Shown: positions 37,101-50,260 of the stretch, piece after piece
Position numbering within the stretch: the first letter of the stretch is position 1
Layout: every line of letters starts with the position of its first letter
Source: Raillietiella orientalis
Taxonomy: Eukaryota
Length of the DNA: 64,000 nt
Direction: 5' to 3'
Assembly (NCBI GenBank): GCA_036172245.1
Contig: JAYWIR010000043.1
Coordinates: 620,001-684,000 of the forward strand
The notes under the pieces: generated by a model
Told to the model about the DNA's origin: nothing
The model's database searches: none
What the model saw: only the letters and a program-made list of their open reading frames with translations
Program-made: the position numbers and the translations under genes

Positions 37101-40100
37101 CGTCCCGGCAAGGGAGACGCCCGCCACGGGGATCACGTGATGCGGTTCGGTCCTTTCGTGCTGCCGTCTGAGATCGGGCAAAAGCCTCATCCTCTGAGGA
37201 GCAGTGCATAAAGCTGAGTTGCGATGAATCGCTTTGGGAAACGGAATCTGAGCTTGGTGACACACATGGATCCTGAACTTAGTGATCATCACGTGTTGCT
37301 GATTCCAACTGTGTTCGACGTGGATCAGGCTCAGCATCGATTGCTACTATGGAAAATTACTGTTAAATTGCTATGCAGTAAGAGTAAATGAATTTTCTTC
37401 AATGTTTCTGAATATGAGTGGGAGGGGAGGAAGACGCTGGACAGTTTCTCCTGCAGAATTCTTTCTGGCTAAAAAGGGATGCTGCAAATTTCCCATGGAG
37501 TGTCTTGATAATTGATTATAGGGAATGGAAAAGCCCTGCTATCTTCTTGCATATATTGATTTCGTTGAAAATTTTCACATCTTCCTATGGATTTTTGTGA
37601 CAACTGACTGATTAGGATCATCGAAAATCATTGCGTTTTGATCCACATTGAGCAGATCCCTATTGAGCGAACTTTATTCATTTGAGCCATTGAAGGCTGA
37701 CAAACCTCCGTATTTGTGGGTTTCTCCTCAATAGCGGTTATCTGCAGTTCTGAGTGCTATGAATGAAACACCACTCGTGCATACATACAAATTCGTCAGT
37801 AAAGCACAAAATTGCAGTTCATCATTGGAACAGCAAAACCGAAATCGATCCGATTTCTGCTAATTTGGAAAACGCTGGAAAAAGTTTGGACGCTAATTCA
37901 TCAGCCAGTGAGACCCCCTTGATGGATTGCCAACTTTCTTAATTAATAGGCTTCATAGGGGCCACGTCACCGGCCCTAGCGAGCAGCCGTCTCCGCACAT
38001 CGTCCGAGTGGCTGATGAGCCTTCTTTCTCAGAGCAGCATCTCAGCGGGGCATCGCATCTCGAGACAAATGAGCTTCCTTAACTTTTCTTGCGGCTCCGT
38101 TCGCGTGCAATTCAGCACCTGTTAACTTCGGGATCACATCCCCCATGTTTTTGAGACGGAATTTTTAATCCTGCACTTTCCAAAGTCATTATGTGCCACC
38201 TTTCATCTGCATGTACCCTTCTATGAAGTTTCTTGTTCTTTAGGATGCGAACATGACTCATACTGTCCTCCGCCCCTTTATAAGTAAACAAAAGTTTGCC
38301 AACTGCTGATGGTCTACTGATATCCTTAAATTCCTCCATTTTTTTTGGTTTTTTTGAATACAGTTTGCGCCAGTCTTCATCTTAAAAGATAAGGCAGTAT
38401 AATCGACGTCATGAACAGAGTGCTGTCATTGAAAAGCTGTCAAGTGTGTCGAATGGTATCCTCAAGATCCAGGAATGTTTACAACCAGTGGGACAGACTG
38501 CTGCTGAAAAGTGCGGGATGCAAGTGCACCACGGCCTACTAAGGCGTTTTCCACACGAGGTTGCTGTACCCAACATCACCCATCAACTAGATTTGCCTTG
38601 ATTCCACCTATTCCATTCTGGACCACGGGTTCAAATGCAAACTGACTCCTTCCAAGTACCTGCCGGAGTCTGAGCCAATAAACTTCTGATCTTGAGCTGT
38701 AACAGAAGAAAATCCAGCTCGTTCCGAAGAACCTCTCTCTTTTCCTCCATGATCAAGGTTTTTTTGCGTTTCCTGTTGATTGCTGGCAACCACCCTCGAG
38801 CTCCCCCTCGACGATGAGGAATGGGTGTTCATATACAAACATCCAAAGCTGCCCTTCTAGTTCTACCTATCACGAACTTACAACTGAATAAGAATAAATG
38901 GTTCGATCGCAAAAGAAAAGTCAGGCCACGAGAAGACCCTTGGAGAAACTCAAGGGCTCACAGGACCCCCTGAGTTTCTCCAAAGATTTTGAGCCCGTGT
39001 GAGCCCAATTTAGGTGACTGAAATTTTTTAGATGTAAGGAGTTGCTCAAACTGGAAGGAACGTTAGGCAGAGATGAGGCGAGGTTTTTCAATGGAAGCTT
39101 TTCTCAGCGATTGCTATCCTTCCTCGGTCCTGTCCTTCTGAATTCACTCTTCTTCGTATCGATCACCGAGGATTTATTTGGCTATTGGTTGTAGGAAATT
39201 GCTGCCGTTTCCGAGAACACAGCTAGAATGTGTTTTGAATAAATAGAATGATACCTTTGCCGTCATCGTTGTTACTTTAGGCAGCAGTCATATCTCAACA
39301 TTCCATTATTTATTAGCGAGAATCCAGTTTCTCACTTCCAGCTGGTCTCACATGAATGTCGTGTTTTTATTTATTTTTTATCCCGTTGGATCTCTCCCTT
39401 TTTACGAACACGCGAAAGCTTTTTTGGGAGAAACAAAACCCCAAGGCCCCAAAACTACGTGTGGATTTTCCCAGTGCTGACAGCTCTCAGAGAAGAATGC
39501 GCTCCACCGCTGTTCTTCCTTGGTGACACTTTCCTCTCCGAGAGAGGAAGCATCACCTGGAAAGAACGGAGGCGAATTTGGAATCAGAAAGTTCCTATAT
39601 ACAAAGCACCACCAGTGACAAGAAGAGGAACGGGGTGGAAGGGGGAATCGTGGGAACAGAGAACCTATGGCTGCCATAGAAAGCCCCTTTTGACCTCAAA
39701 TCAAGAACTCCACAAAATGCAACCAAAGCTAATTGATGGCATGCACTCGCAGAACTGAACTTTACGTGAAAGGTTTTGTATTGGTTCGATTGGGTTCCGA
39801 CGACTTGGGAGTTAAAAATTCCTGCTCCTCGGGGGACAACCTTCCTTTGCTCGCTTCCTTATTCAGGTAAGATACCAACTTCAGCACAACACTTTCCTCT
39901 TCATCGTTTTCTAACCACAAAAGATGGAATCGGATTAGTGAAAAGAAAAATCGGGGAAAGAATTTTGAGTTATTCCTTTAAATGAAGCCGCTCGGTGTGA
40001 ATTGGACAAACCTTTAGACCTGAAGCTTTATTCTTTGGAAAGGTGAAGTTTCACCTGAGGGCATGACCGGCGATCAGCAGCTTGCAAGCATACATAAGCC

Positions 40101-41339
40101 AATTCTCTTCACTCTCGAGAAACATAAAATAAAGTCATCCGGAAGGATCCAAAGGGTTCTCATAAGCACTCATGCGACGCGGTTATGAAGTCATGAAAGA
40201 GATGGGAGCCGTGACGATGATAGCAATTCGGTTGGAAGATTCGGAAAACCTTAGAACGCTTATCTCGCGGATCAGAGCATGAGCCACTGGCCACTCCAAG
40301 TAAGAGATCCGACACCTCCAGCACGCGAATCCTCTTGCTCGAAGAGGAATGGAACAGCTAATGCCTTTTTTCTCTTCAGCAAAAAGGAAAAGAAATTTAT
40401 TGGATCCCGAGCCCGTTCAAATGCATGCTATGGAAAGGAATAACTACAGCGTTGGAAGAAACTAGTCCTTCCTGGTGGACACTAAAGTATGGAAAAGTCA
40501 GCTCACATGCCACCTCGTGCATAGGACTCCAGAAATCGCTGGGCCACTTTGAGTCTACGATCCAGCATACACCGATGGAACATGATCACGAAACATGGAC
40601 GCAATTTGAGGAGATGGTTGACCAGCTGACCTCAAAAAGGTGGCACCAGTACTGCAAGGCAGGGAAAAGGAGTTTTACGTTTTCCCTCAGTGAGCTATGA
40701 GGTATGCACACTATCCCGTTAGTTAGGTGATGAGCTCGCATCATCAGCTTCCACAGACTCTTAATGAATCCAGGGGATCGTGAGAGAAAAGCTTTCAGGT
40801 GATAAGAATTGTCACCACGAAAATTCGAATCGTCCTCGTCGACCGTTGTTGCTATTAGAAATGCCTGCCCGAAAACGCCCTGTGAGAGATGTGCAGCTGA
40901 ACATGAAGAAACTCGGATCGGGCAAAGTTCATTCACGGTCCTGAGGTCGCAACCCGATTGCACGCTAGAGATAGAGCCAACAACGCAGGATGTTTCCTTA
41001 CAGATACATCAGCGGTGCTCGTAGAAACAGTAATTCATCCTGGGTGCTCCCTCTAGATCGATTTTCTGAGTGAAAGGTACTGATAGCGGCTGAAACAGAT
41101 GGTTGCTAAAGAAGTTTCAGGGTAGCTCACAGTGGTGAGGGAACAACCGCAGAAAGGAAAGGTGCGAAGAAGAACGAAAAAATGAAATTGCAAAAGACTT
41201 TGCTAATGGGACCACCTTTCCAAATTGCGTTCATGAACCAAGAAAATTGCTTGCCGAGTCATTCAATTCACAAGAGACATAAAAGCTGCAGACGCAGAGA
41301 GCTGTGACAGCACAAGGTCTCGATGGTCGTCTCCAAGAA

Positions 41340-41860
41340 GCTGCTAGTGGAAAAGCGGAAAGGTGGATTTTCCAAACTGTCACAGAAATCTGCGAGTATC
41401 CGGCGTGCTAAAGTTCTCCCTTCGGGACCAACTGACCTCAGGTCCACCTCTTATTGGGTTCTTCTCTGTCCTCTCTTGCGGTCATCCGTCTGCAGCCACT
41501 CGCTGGAGCAGCCTCATGCGGCGAAGCCGGAGAGATTGCTTAGCAGACTCCCACACGGCTAATGTCGATGGGGATGCGAATTCCGTCGAACAAGATCACC
41601 TTGGCATGCAGCGATCTGCTCCGTGACGACGGGAGCAAGTTTCCCTGATTGAACCGGAAAACCACCTTTTTTCGCTGGCTTCTGTTCCCAAAGAGCTGCT
41701 GCCCCTTAAACGGGATGTGCGACCCTGCGTGGAGTGCCAGGGAAAGATGCACTTTCTTGCACTGTTCGTAAATTGAAGAAGAGTTGTGTGTGGTATTTTC
41801 ACCCTCAAGAGAATCGCTGGACCATATGCAGTTCACCATATGCTTGTCCCTTCTTTCTCC
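41340..41860 (-). mobile_element. Decayed RTE-like LINE C-terminal fragment
   Basis: SIYEQC... and AREDREEPNKRWT*GQLVPKG resemble RTE-clade post-RT motifs (F.QC.LP; AR...RWT....W.P); interrupted by stops and frameshifts. Confidence 0.3.
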
Positions 41861-44800
41861 CAGCCACGATGCATAAGAGTCTGATACATAGATTCACAGC
41901 TTCTTACTAATCTCACTCGAGAGAAAACGATGCTTCAGCAAACGTGTAAATTCTTATGCCTCCATTCATTTAGTCACTGCGCTGTCGTTATAAATCCCAC
42001 GTGCACAGACTCATGCAAATGCACTCATCCAGAAACAGATACTTACTGTGCCTCAGAGCAGGATCGGCATTGCGCTTGAGACTCTGAAAAGAAATAATGC
42101 AATTTTTCTTAGTAATTCTCCAAAAAGAATATCCTTCTGGTTCTCATGCACTCATGCTATTTAACTGTGCAAGGGAAGAAGGGAAGAAGCCAAAGTGCAT
42201 TTTAATAAAGCACAGTCAGCTTCGAGATCCTCAGATGCCTCACCAGGCTCTTCAGCCGAAGCGAGAAGAGAACCGAAAAAGCCCAAATGCAGCGTCACGT
42301 AAAATTCGTAAAGAACAGCAGCAGGCCTATTTTATTTCAGATGTTTTCTTTGAATATTTCCTCCCATTCAGACCGTCCGCAGCTGAGTTTCTTTTTTTTT
42401 TTCCTGGTGTGGCACAAAAAGGCGCCGAATGGGCCACACCGCCCGTTCGTTTCGAGACTTCACTGTGCCAACTGGAAGATGATCGACCTGCTGGAGGTGA
42501 ACTGCAGCGCGGACCTCGTCGATGGAAGCACCAAACCGCTTCTTCGGGAAGCATAGGGACAGATGCCTCAACCAACTTCAGAATTTGCCTCCCAAGGAGG
42601 CGAGCATGGAATCTTCGATGGTTTCTTCTTCGATGTTCATACGCCTCGCTAGCTTTGTGTCCTTCCCTGCTCCGTGCATTCAAGTTCTTCCATAAAAAGA
42701 GGATTCAGTTCGAGTGATGGACAATGTTTAGGAATGTCCGAAAACAGTACGTCGGCAGAAGAACGGAATTTCGAACCCAAACTACAAGGATTGCTTCGCA
42801 GTGTGGACCTTCGTCCTCGAGGGTGCTGATGGACCCATTTCGAGATGACAGGGGATCGATGAGAAAAACACGCATTCCAACACACGTTTGAGCCGAATTC
42901 AAACGACTTTCGAGGGGTTCTTCTGTGAGACGAAAAAATTTCATCTTCAGTTCGAATTACTGAATCCTGGTTATGTTCTGAGAACTGCTGGCAATAGTTA
43001 AGAAGATCCGATTTACACGGATTTCGTGAGACACTGTAACACATGGGAGTTGGGGTGGACGCACACATTGGCAACATGAAAAATCACCCTATATGAGATC
43101 GGATTCCCGCGCACAGACCATTACACATCAGTAAGATCGTTGCTACTTTCAGAAACGTGTTTTTGGTTCCATTCCTATGATTGCATGCTAAACTTAGCAG
43201 TTAATGTGTCGTTTTATACAATACACGTCGTACTTGCTTCGCTTGTGTACACGCAAGTCTGTTACGTTTGCATAATGAAATTTCCTCTTAGATTCGTAAG
43301 ATTTTCTCTCAATCTAGGAGTCAGAACGCATGAAATAGATGAATGCATTGAAATCACTAAGGCGGTCTTCTGAAGCACCTTGGAAGACACAGAAGAAGAA
43401 TTCATGAGACAAAGCAAGCAGTGAGATCATTCGCACGGAAGCTGTGTGGAAGAAGGCTGTTAGGAAGTCTACGAAAGTATTACGTCAGCAAAACACTATA
43501 GAAAAATTGCTGATGGCTAACAACCTAAAATGGATGGCCCCTAACAGCAAGCTGTATCCAGGTTTCCGCAGTATAATAGTATGGGTCGTAGGAACAGTAT
43601 GGGTTGAATCCGTATCCGATAACAGCATCAGCACATTCAGGTAACAGAAGAGATGCCAAAGGGAAAAACGAGAAAGCAAATCTTTGAAATCTTCCATGAA
43701 TGCGTGAACTTGGGCTGCCCCAGGAATTCGGGGTCGAAGATTCATTCCTGCCAGCAAGACGTAATTGTCGCGGAAGAAACTTTTCATTGGGAAACGAGCA
43801 AAATTCCACTCGTGTGTACTGAAACTGTGCACGCAATCAGACATCTGCATCGGTGCATCTGCAGATAACGGGTATTGCAACAGCCTGTATTCAGCGGATT
43901 TCTCACGGACTTTCCGATCGATCGATTCAGCTTCACCAATCCGTTAGGTCACGCGGATTCCGATCAGTGCAGCAGCACGTGGGCAGACCTTCGCCCATTC
44001 AACAGTCATGCAACAGTAAGTAGGCACAGTACCTTCCCTACTGCCAGACGATTCCCCATTTCCTCCAAGACATCTCTTCCCTTCCAGGTATCCAGTATGT
44101 GCTTCACCATATCAGCCAAGTTTTCGACCTTTGTCCAAGTGCTGAAGAGAAACCTAGCAAGATGATCCTTCCGTACCTTCGAGTTCTTTGACTTTTCTGC
44201 CACAACGACTCCGTTACGAAACACCAAATGGCTGTCCATGTCTTCGCGGGGCACTTTGATATCCGCCTCGATGACCGTTTCCGGGGAGCTGTCGTCTTTA
44301 GCCCTGTGCGACTTCATGGCCGTTTTTAAGGAAAGCAGTAAATTTCCATTGTGCTTCACTGGAACGAACGGTCTCGTTAAAGCGAGAAGAGCAGTCGAAA
44401 GTGATGCGGCATCCGTGTGCAATATGGAAAGATGCCGAGAGATCATTTCGCTCTCTGCGACAGCATAATCGAATAGCATGCCGCGTCCCTTACCATCATT
44501 CTTAATGCATGCTGCGCGCAACATGACACGAGGAATAGGTTACATTACATTTGCACAATCTCTAATTTAGAGATTGCAGTTTTGCAGGGATTGCAACCTT
44601 CACGTGTGCCACGCCACACCGAATGGGCTCCGCGTCAGCACACACGGCAAACGTGCTTTGCTGGAGGGGGTTGCCTTGGAAACGTCACTGGTTCTACCCT
44701 GGACCTTTTCCGTGCACACTGCATCAGTTGTAAGGCACGATTGGTGGTGGAAACGCAGGTGAATTCGCAGGTCGCGTTTCGAGATGGCGTGGGTCCACGT

Positions 44801-47800
44801 CGGCAGACACCGGAAAACACGGATTTGTACCGCTCTCCGTGGAAAACGAACGGAACCGCAGATGGTCGCTTCTGGCACTTCAGTTTCTCGCGCGCGTCTT
44901 TGAATATCTTACTGAACTTCTAAATTGGAATCTTTTGGCGCTCGTGGCCCAGTCGAACAACCAAAGGGGAAAACGGCAGGAAAAAAAAAGGGGGGGGGGG
45001 GGGAAGCTCCTTTCTCTTTCAGCGATAAGCAAAGGGATTGACTTATTCAACAAGGCGCAGAATTAAGGCCAACTTTTCAGAAGATTCAGGTCATCTTTAA
45101 CATGTCTCCCTTAAGTATTTGTACTGTTCAAGTTTCCCACACCTTCGTTCCGATTCTGAATCCCGCATTTATGGGAACCATTTACTTGTACACTTCCTTA
45201 GCAGGGATTACCTTAAGTGCCTTGTTGAAAAACTGAAAAGTGAGGTAGATATACGGAGGATGAATTACGAGAAACCCACAGATGCTGACCAAATGAAAGT
45301 ACCAGATTCAAGATTACTGGGCATTAAAAACTGTGTAACACGTGGACCCCTTTTTGGTGAGTTCCCCCAACACCGAGCTGCAAAGTTGCCAAAATGGGTG
45401 GGTGTACGAAAAGAAGCCATGTTTACATGACTCTTAGGTTTGTAACAAATTAGAAACGTGTTTTCTCGTTACTGACAATTTCCTTAGAAGAAAGCAATTT
45501 ACCTTCCTCCACGGATTGTCCACGATGCGACTCCTTGCCATCAATTTCGGAGAAGACATGCGACTTGGACATGAGCAAACTTGAGGATTCCAAAGGACGA
45601 TTCTAAAATGCAAGACAATTGGAAGCGACTCGGGAATTCGCTGATTGAGCGATGGAACATTCCCTCATCTCCGAAGCACCGGATGATCGTTTGCAGAAAC
45701 TTCGCAGATTTGGAAATCGCATCACTGCCTTCCAGAGCAAATTTCACGAATCGACGGGTGAAAAACGAATAACTCAAAGCAAAGCGTCCCATCTCGGGCA
45801 AACTCCTGCCGTCTTTCGCTGACCGGGAGGGAGGAAATCCAAGGGGAACGGAGCACCCAGGATGAAAACCTCGCCTCACATGCTCAAATATGAAATACAC
45901 GATCTGTAGGATCCGAGTGCTTGAAGCAGTTTCCTTCCCTAATGCCAGACCCGTGAGAGCTTCCCGGACACATGGTTTTGCTCCGGAGTACAAACCGGGA
46001 AACGTGCGGGAATTCGATCGGGGTCAGACGCCTGGAAAACGTCTTAAATCGCCGTAGTTCATTCGCTTGAAGCGCATTCCGACTGGACCGGAATTCACGT
46101 TACTTCTCGGCTATGTCGGAAGTGATTGAGATTGAATATGAGTGGGATGGAAGGAGATCACCAAAGGAACCACCAAGACTGAAACGTAATGCGGAAGTAG
46201 GATCGTCTTTCGGGTTTACGCTCACACAGCCTTCACAAAAATGTTTCATGCAAGAGGTTGCGTACGTTCACTTAAATTCATTGCAGAAAATGCCTTTCCC
46301 TCAATCCATCCTCCTCATGTAATGTTTCTTCCAGTATGGTCCTATAAAAGACGATCACTGCGCAGAACCAACGGGATTTCGAATTGCACACGGGAAGCCG
46401 ATGCACCCCTATGAGGAGTAATCAAATTGTAGGTCCTCGCTGTGTCCTCAAGGAGTTCCCTCGTGCATCGAGATGAACTTTTCAAAAGGCGCTCTTCGAG
46501 CTCTCGGAAGAATGACACATCGGAGGAGGAAGTCGATGCAAGACGGATCGTTCCAATGGACTTATTGAAGGAGAGAAAAGGAGGAGGCGGAGCTCCTACG
46601 TCTCTGTCCAGTTCCGAGACGGATTCACTTTTCCTGAGGTGCCCTGGTGACTGTCCTCATGGAGCTGCAGTGCTCCTTGGCGTTCGCAGTGGCAACGCAA
46701 TCTGCCCAACGAAACCATTCGTACCATCGACAAACTCTCGGAAGGGAGCAATGGCTATCAAGGAAGATTGCCTGAGTTTCCCCAAAGTCTTTCCGTTCTC
46801 CACGTCCTTGAATCAGCTTTGAAATGGCACATGAATAGTGGTACTTGTTCCCATCCTCCTCCTACGATCTTGAAAAATCTGAACGAAATTGAAGATCACA
46901 TCAAAGGACTTCTTATGAGTTCGAAACTTTTACCGCATCACGTGAAGCACTCGAAAATAAGACGCAGCAGTTCACTATTTTTCTGAAGGATTCTTTTTCA
47001 GAAATGCATCTTTCAACTGGGAAGGACAGGACCGACACAGAAATTGGACTCTGGCAATCAGCAATAGAGGGCTGAGTCTTACTGCTCGTGGATTCGAAGC
47101 AAAGCACAAACTTCCCTTTCAAAGAGTCACAGTCCAAAGATACCAGGAAAATTCACGAAAGCGTGGGTTAGCTGCTCCAAGATGAAACTCGCAAACTGAG
47201 ATTACAAAGAAAAAGGAAAGAAAATTCCGACCCTGTGCGGGAGGGCACGCCTGCGAAGGACACGGAAGCCTTCTTCGAAGTTCCACTGGCTACGGCAGCC
47301 AAACTTGTTTCTTCAAGGAGGCAGACTCCCCACACAAAATTACTGTGCGAAGTTTTCCCGATGAATGTCCAACCGATGTGCTTTCCACAATGGAGGAGAC
47401 ACTTTCCCTAATTTAGGTACCCAAGCAGATGGACCAGGAAGCTCTCATTTGCCTTTCGGGATTTTCAGTTCGAAAACAGAGGGAACGTCTGCTGCATAGG
47501 ATGCCCTGCCTCGAATCGATGCAATTTGTCACCCGTTGCTTCTGCACCAGATGGGCAGTCCTCGATAAGACTTCCTCACAAGATGCTCCCCCAGCAGCAT
47601 GCCCCAGCTTTGGATTGAGCGTCTTCGAAGATGATGAAGGTAGTAAAATTTGGTCAAGTTTGCTGTAAAGCACGGCCGGAGACGAATGACTCCATTCACA
47701 AATCTTGATGGTTTTGCATCAAGGACGCTGCCTGTAATAGGAAAATTGAGTGCTTTTCCGAGGCTTTCACGCGAAACGGACCTACTAGGAGCCACTTGCT

Positions 47801-49799
47801 ACTTGTGCAAATAAGCCAAAGGCGTTCTTATATGCACAAATAAGGAAAGGCTGGGCTCTCATCCGCCGAATTCGGTGACCATACTCGTTAAGAGAAGCAG
47901 CTGAGAGACAGTTTGTGAATAATTCGCGGTTTCCAGAGTGGAGTGGAAACTACGAATTATTCGCCGCAGACCCTTCGGGATTCGTCTTTTGGGCAGGGCA
48001 TCTCATCTGTCATGGCGGCAACGGTCATCCTCCCTGACAAGTTGACCCTCTCCTATTCACCCGTACACATATCTCCTACAACTTCAGCTGGAATGGAGCA
48101 CTTCTCGGTTGCCTTCTCCTTTCTCAGTTAAAACGGTAACTTTTGATCGGACTGCAAAACAGGTTTGCACTCCAAGATACACGCAAGGAAAATTGGAGCA
48201 CCGAATGCACCTGAGGGACCCTTCCGTAGGAATTTCGAGAGCTTTCCGCCTCCATTGGGTTCGTATCCTTGAAGTTTTCTGGTGATTCAACACTTAAAAC
48301 AGCTCTGGCACTCAACTATCTACTCGCGAACTCTCTCCCGTTAAAAGAGCTGCCCAGATTAGCACGCGCTGCAGGGACAGCAACAGCAGCATTATTAGGG
48401 ACCATCTAATCTGATCAGATCACACTGATTTCAAAACTTCCTGAAACTGAGAATAGCTGGCAAAAGGATAGACGCCCCGTTCTTGGGTAGCCCTTGGATG
48501 GTGCTGCTTAACCCCTTTCCAGGCAGTCTTCAGGACGACCCTCCTAAGAAGCAAGTGCGATGCCTCCTCCCTCTAAAATGGAGGACAGAAAAATACGCAA
48601 ATAACATCTGTCTTGGACACTCCAGGCTCTTTCTTTTAACCTTCTCTCTGTGAGCAGAACTTAGACAACCAGGGTGCCTCGTCCACTGCAAGAAGGCTGC
48701 AAGAAGGAAAAGAGCATCGGTCGATGGCTCTCGCTAGGAGAGCTCTGGCTTCGGAAATGTCCTTCTTCAAGAGGCCGTCATTCAAATCTGAGAGTTGAAC
48801 CAAGAGACTTTGCTAGCGATAGCTAGCTGAAGACAAACGGTCGCCACTAAAGAAATAAACAGTTCAAGTGTGGAACGAAGAAGATGGGGTGGAGATGGAA
48901 AGATTGGGCATCTCCTTCGCTTCGACGCACTCCGATCTGAGGGGATCAAATGCCCTTCCCCACTTCCTCATTTATCAACGACCATTCTGATACATGTTTC
49001 AAGATCACGACTCTCTCAAGATATATGGACCTACCCCCGAGAGTTGCACAGAGAGGCCTGGAGGAAGAGGAACTGGAAACGAACCGAGCTACAAGAATGA
49101 GATAGTATAGCCGCAGAGTCAGCATGGAACATCGAATGAGAAAGTCAAAGAAAGGACAATCCGGCTTACCTGCTGCCTATAGTCCTCTTTGGCTGCATGA
49201 AAAGACAAAAGGGAAAAAAACAAAAAAAAAAACACATTTCATTTCAGACACATGCTTGGTTGGTTGAGCACAAGAAACATTCCCTTTAGCTCATGCACTC
49301 CAGGGCATGGAAGGCATTCCCGAAAAAATTGGCTTCACTGAGTGCACAGCCACCTTACATACATTACAGAAAAAAGATTCAAACTTTGTCAACTGTTTTA
49401 ATGGGTTTCTCATGTTTAACTGTTTTCAGATGGGCCGCAGATCTTGAGTGAGCCACCCTTATTTCTTCTTGCTTTTTCCCCTTTGACGTTTCAAAACCGA
49501 GTCAGCACTGGCAGAAAGAATGGTTATAATAGATGGTGAAGAGGCAAATCAAGAAACGGACTGATAAGTCAAGGACGGCCAAAAAAAAAAAATGGAGGAG
49601 GAAGATTGGCCATACACTTCAGCACCATCAGCCCGTCATGTCAAACAACAGAGTGAACGGCATTTTTCTGCAACAGGAATTTTATCTACTCGTCTCCCTT
49701 CATCTTATGCTTTGTTCGAAGCCAGAGGCGCTTTATAGAGTCCCCGCAGAATCGCTCTCAGGCATCATCACTGATACCACCGGACAAAGTGTCACTCGA

Positions 49800-50260
49800 A
49801 CACCTTCAACTGAAAACATGGACTGCTGCAAAACCATGGTAATGTGCAAAAGTTCCACCCTCGATTCGATGTGGATTGGCATGGACACGCGAAAACATTG
49901 CACTGTTCCATGTTCTCAGAAATCCAGAACGACGCTCATCAGAAAGATTGCACCAGCAGGACGGGGACGTACGAAACAAACTTGGAGCACACGGACTTCT
50001 GATGACTTCCGCCCCGTGGCTCCTCTCTCCACAGTCGAAAAGATGGTGACCAGGACGGTCACCGGGGCAGCGTGCCGCCAGGAACTTCAGCAGAGCGAAC
50101 GACGCTGTTCTCCTGCTGTGCTTTTTTTTTGGCGTTGATACTTTCGCTGATGGATTGTGGGAAAAGACGAAGCATCGGCACAACATCGACCCCCGATCTC
50201 CCCTGAATTTTTCATGTGATGATACGCGACAGTGTTCATCAATTTTTTAGGGTCTGCGCA
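49800..50260 (+). mobile_element. Decayed non-LTR retrotransposon reverse-transcriptase fragment
   Basis: VPCSQKSRTTLIRK...DDFRPVAPLSTVEKMVTRTV resembles RT P..WK.S...LIPK...DYRPI.LLS...K; after frameshifts TVFINF resembles the F.D..KAFD motif. Confidence 0.55.
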
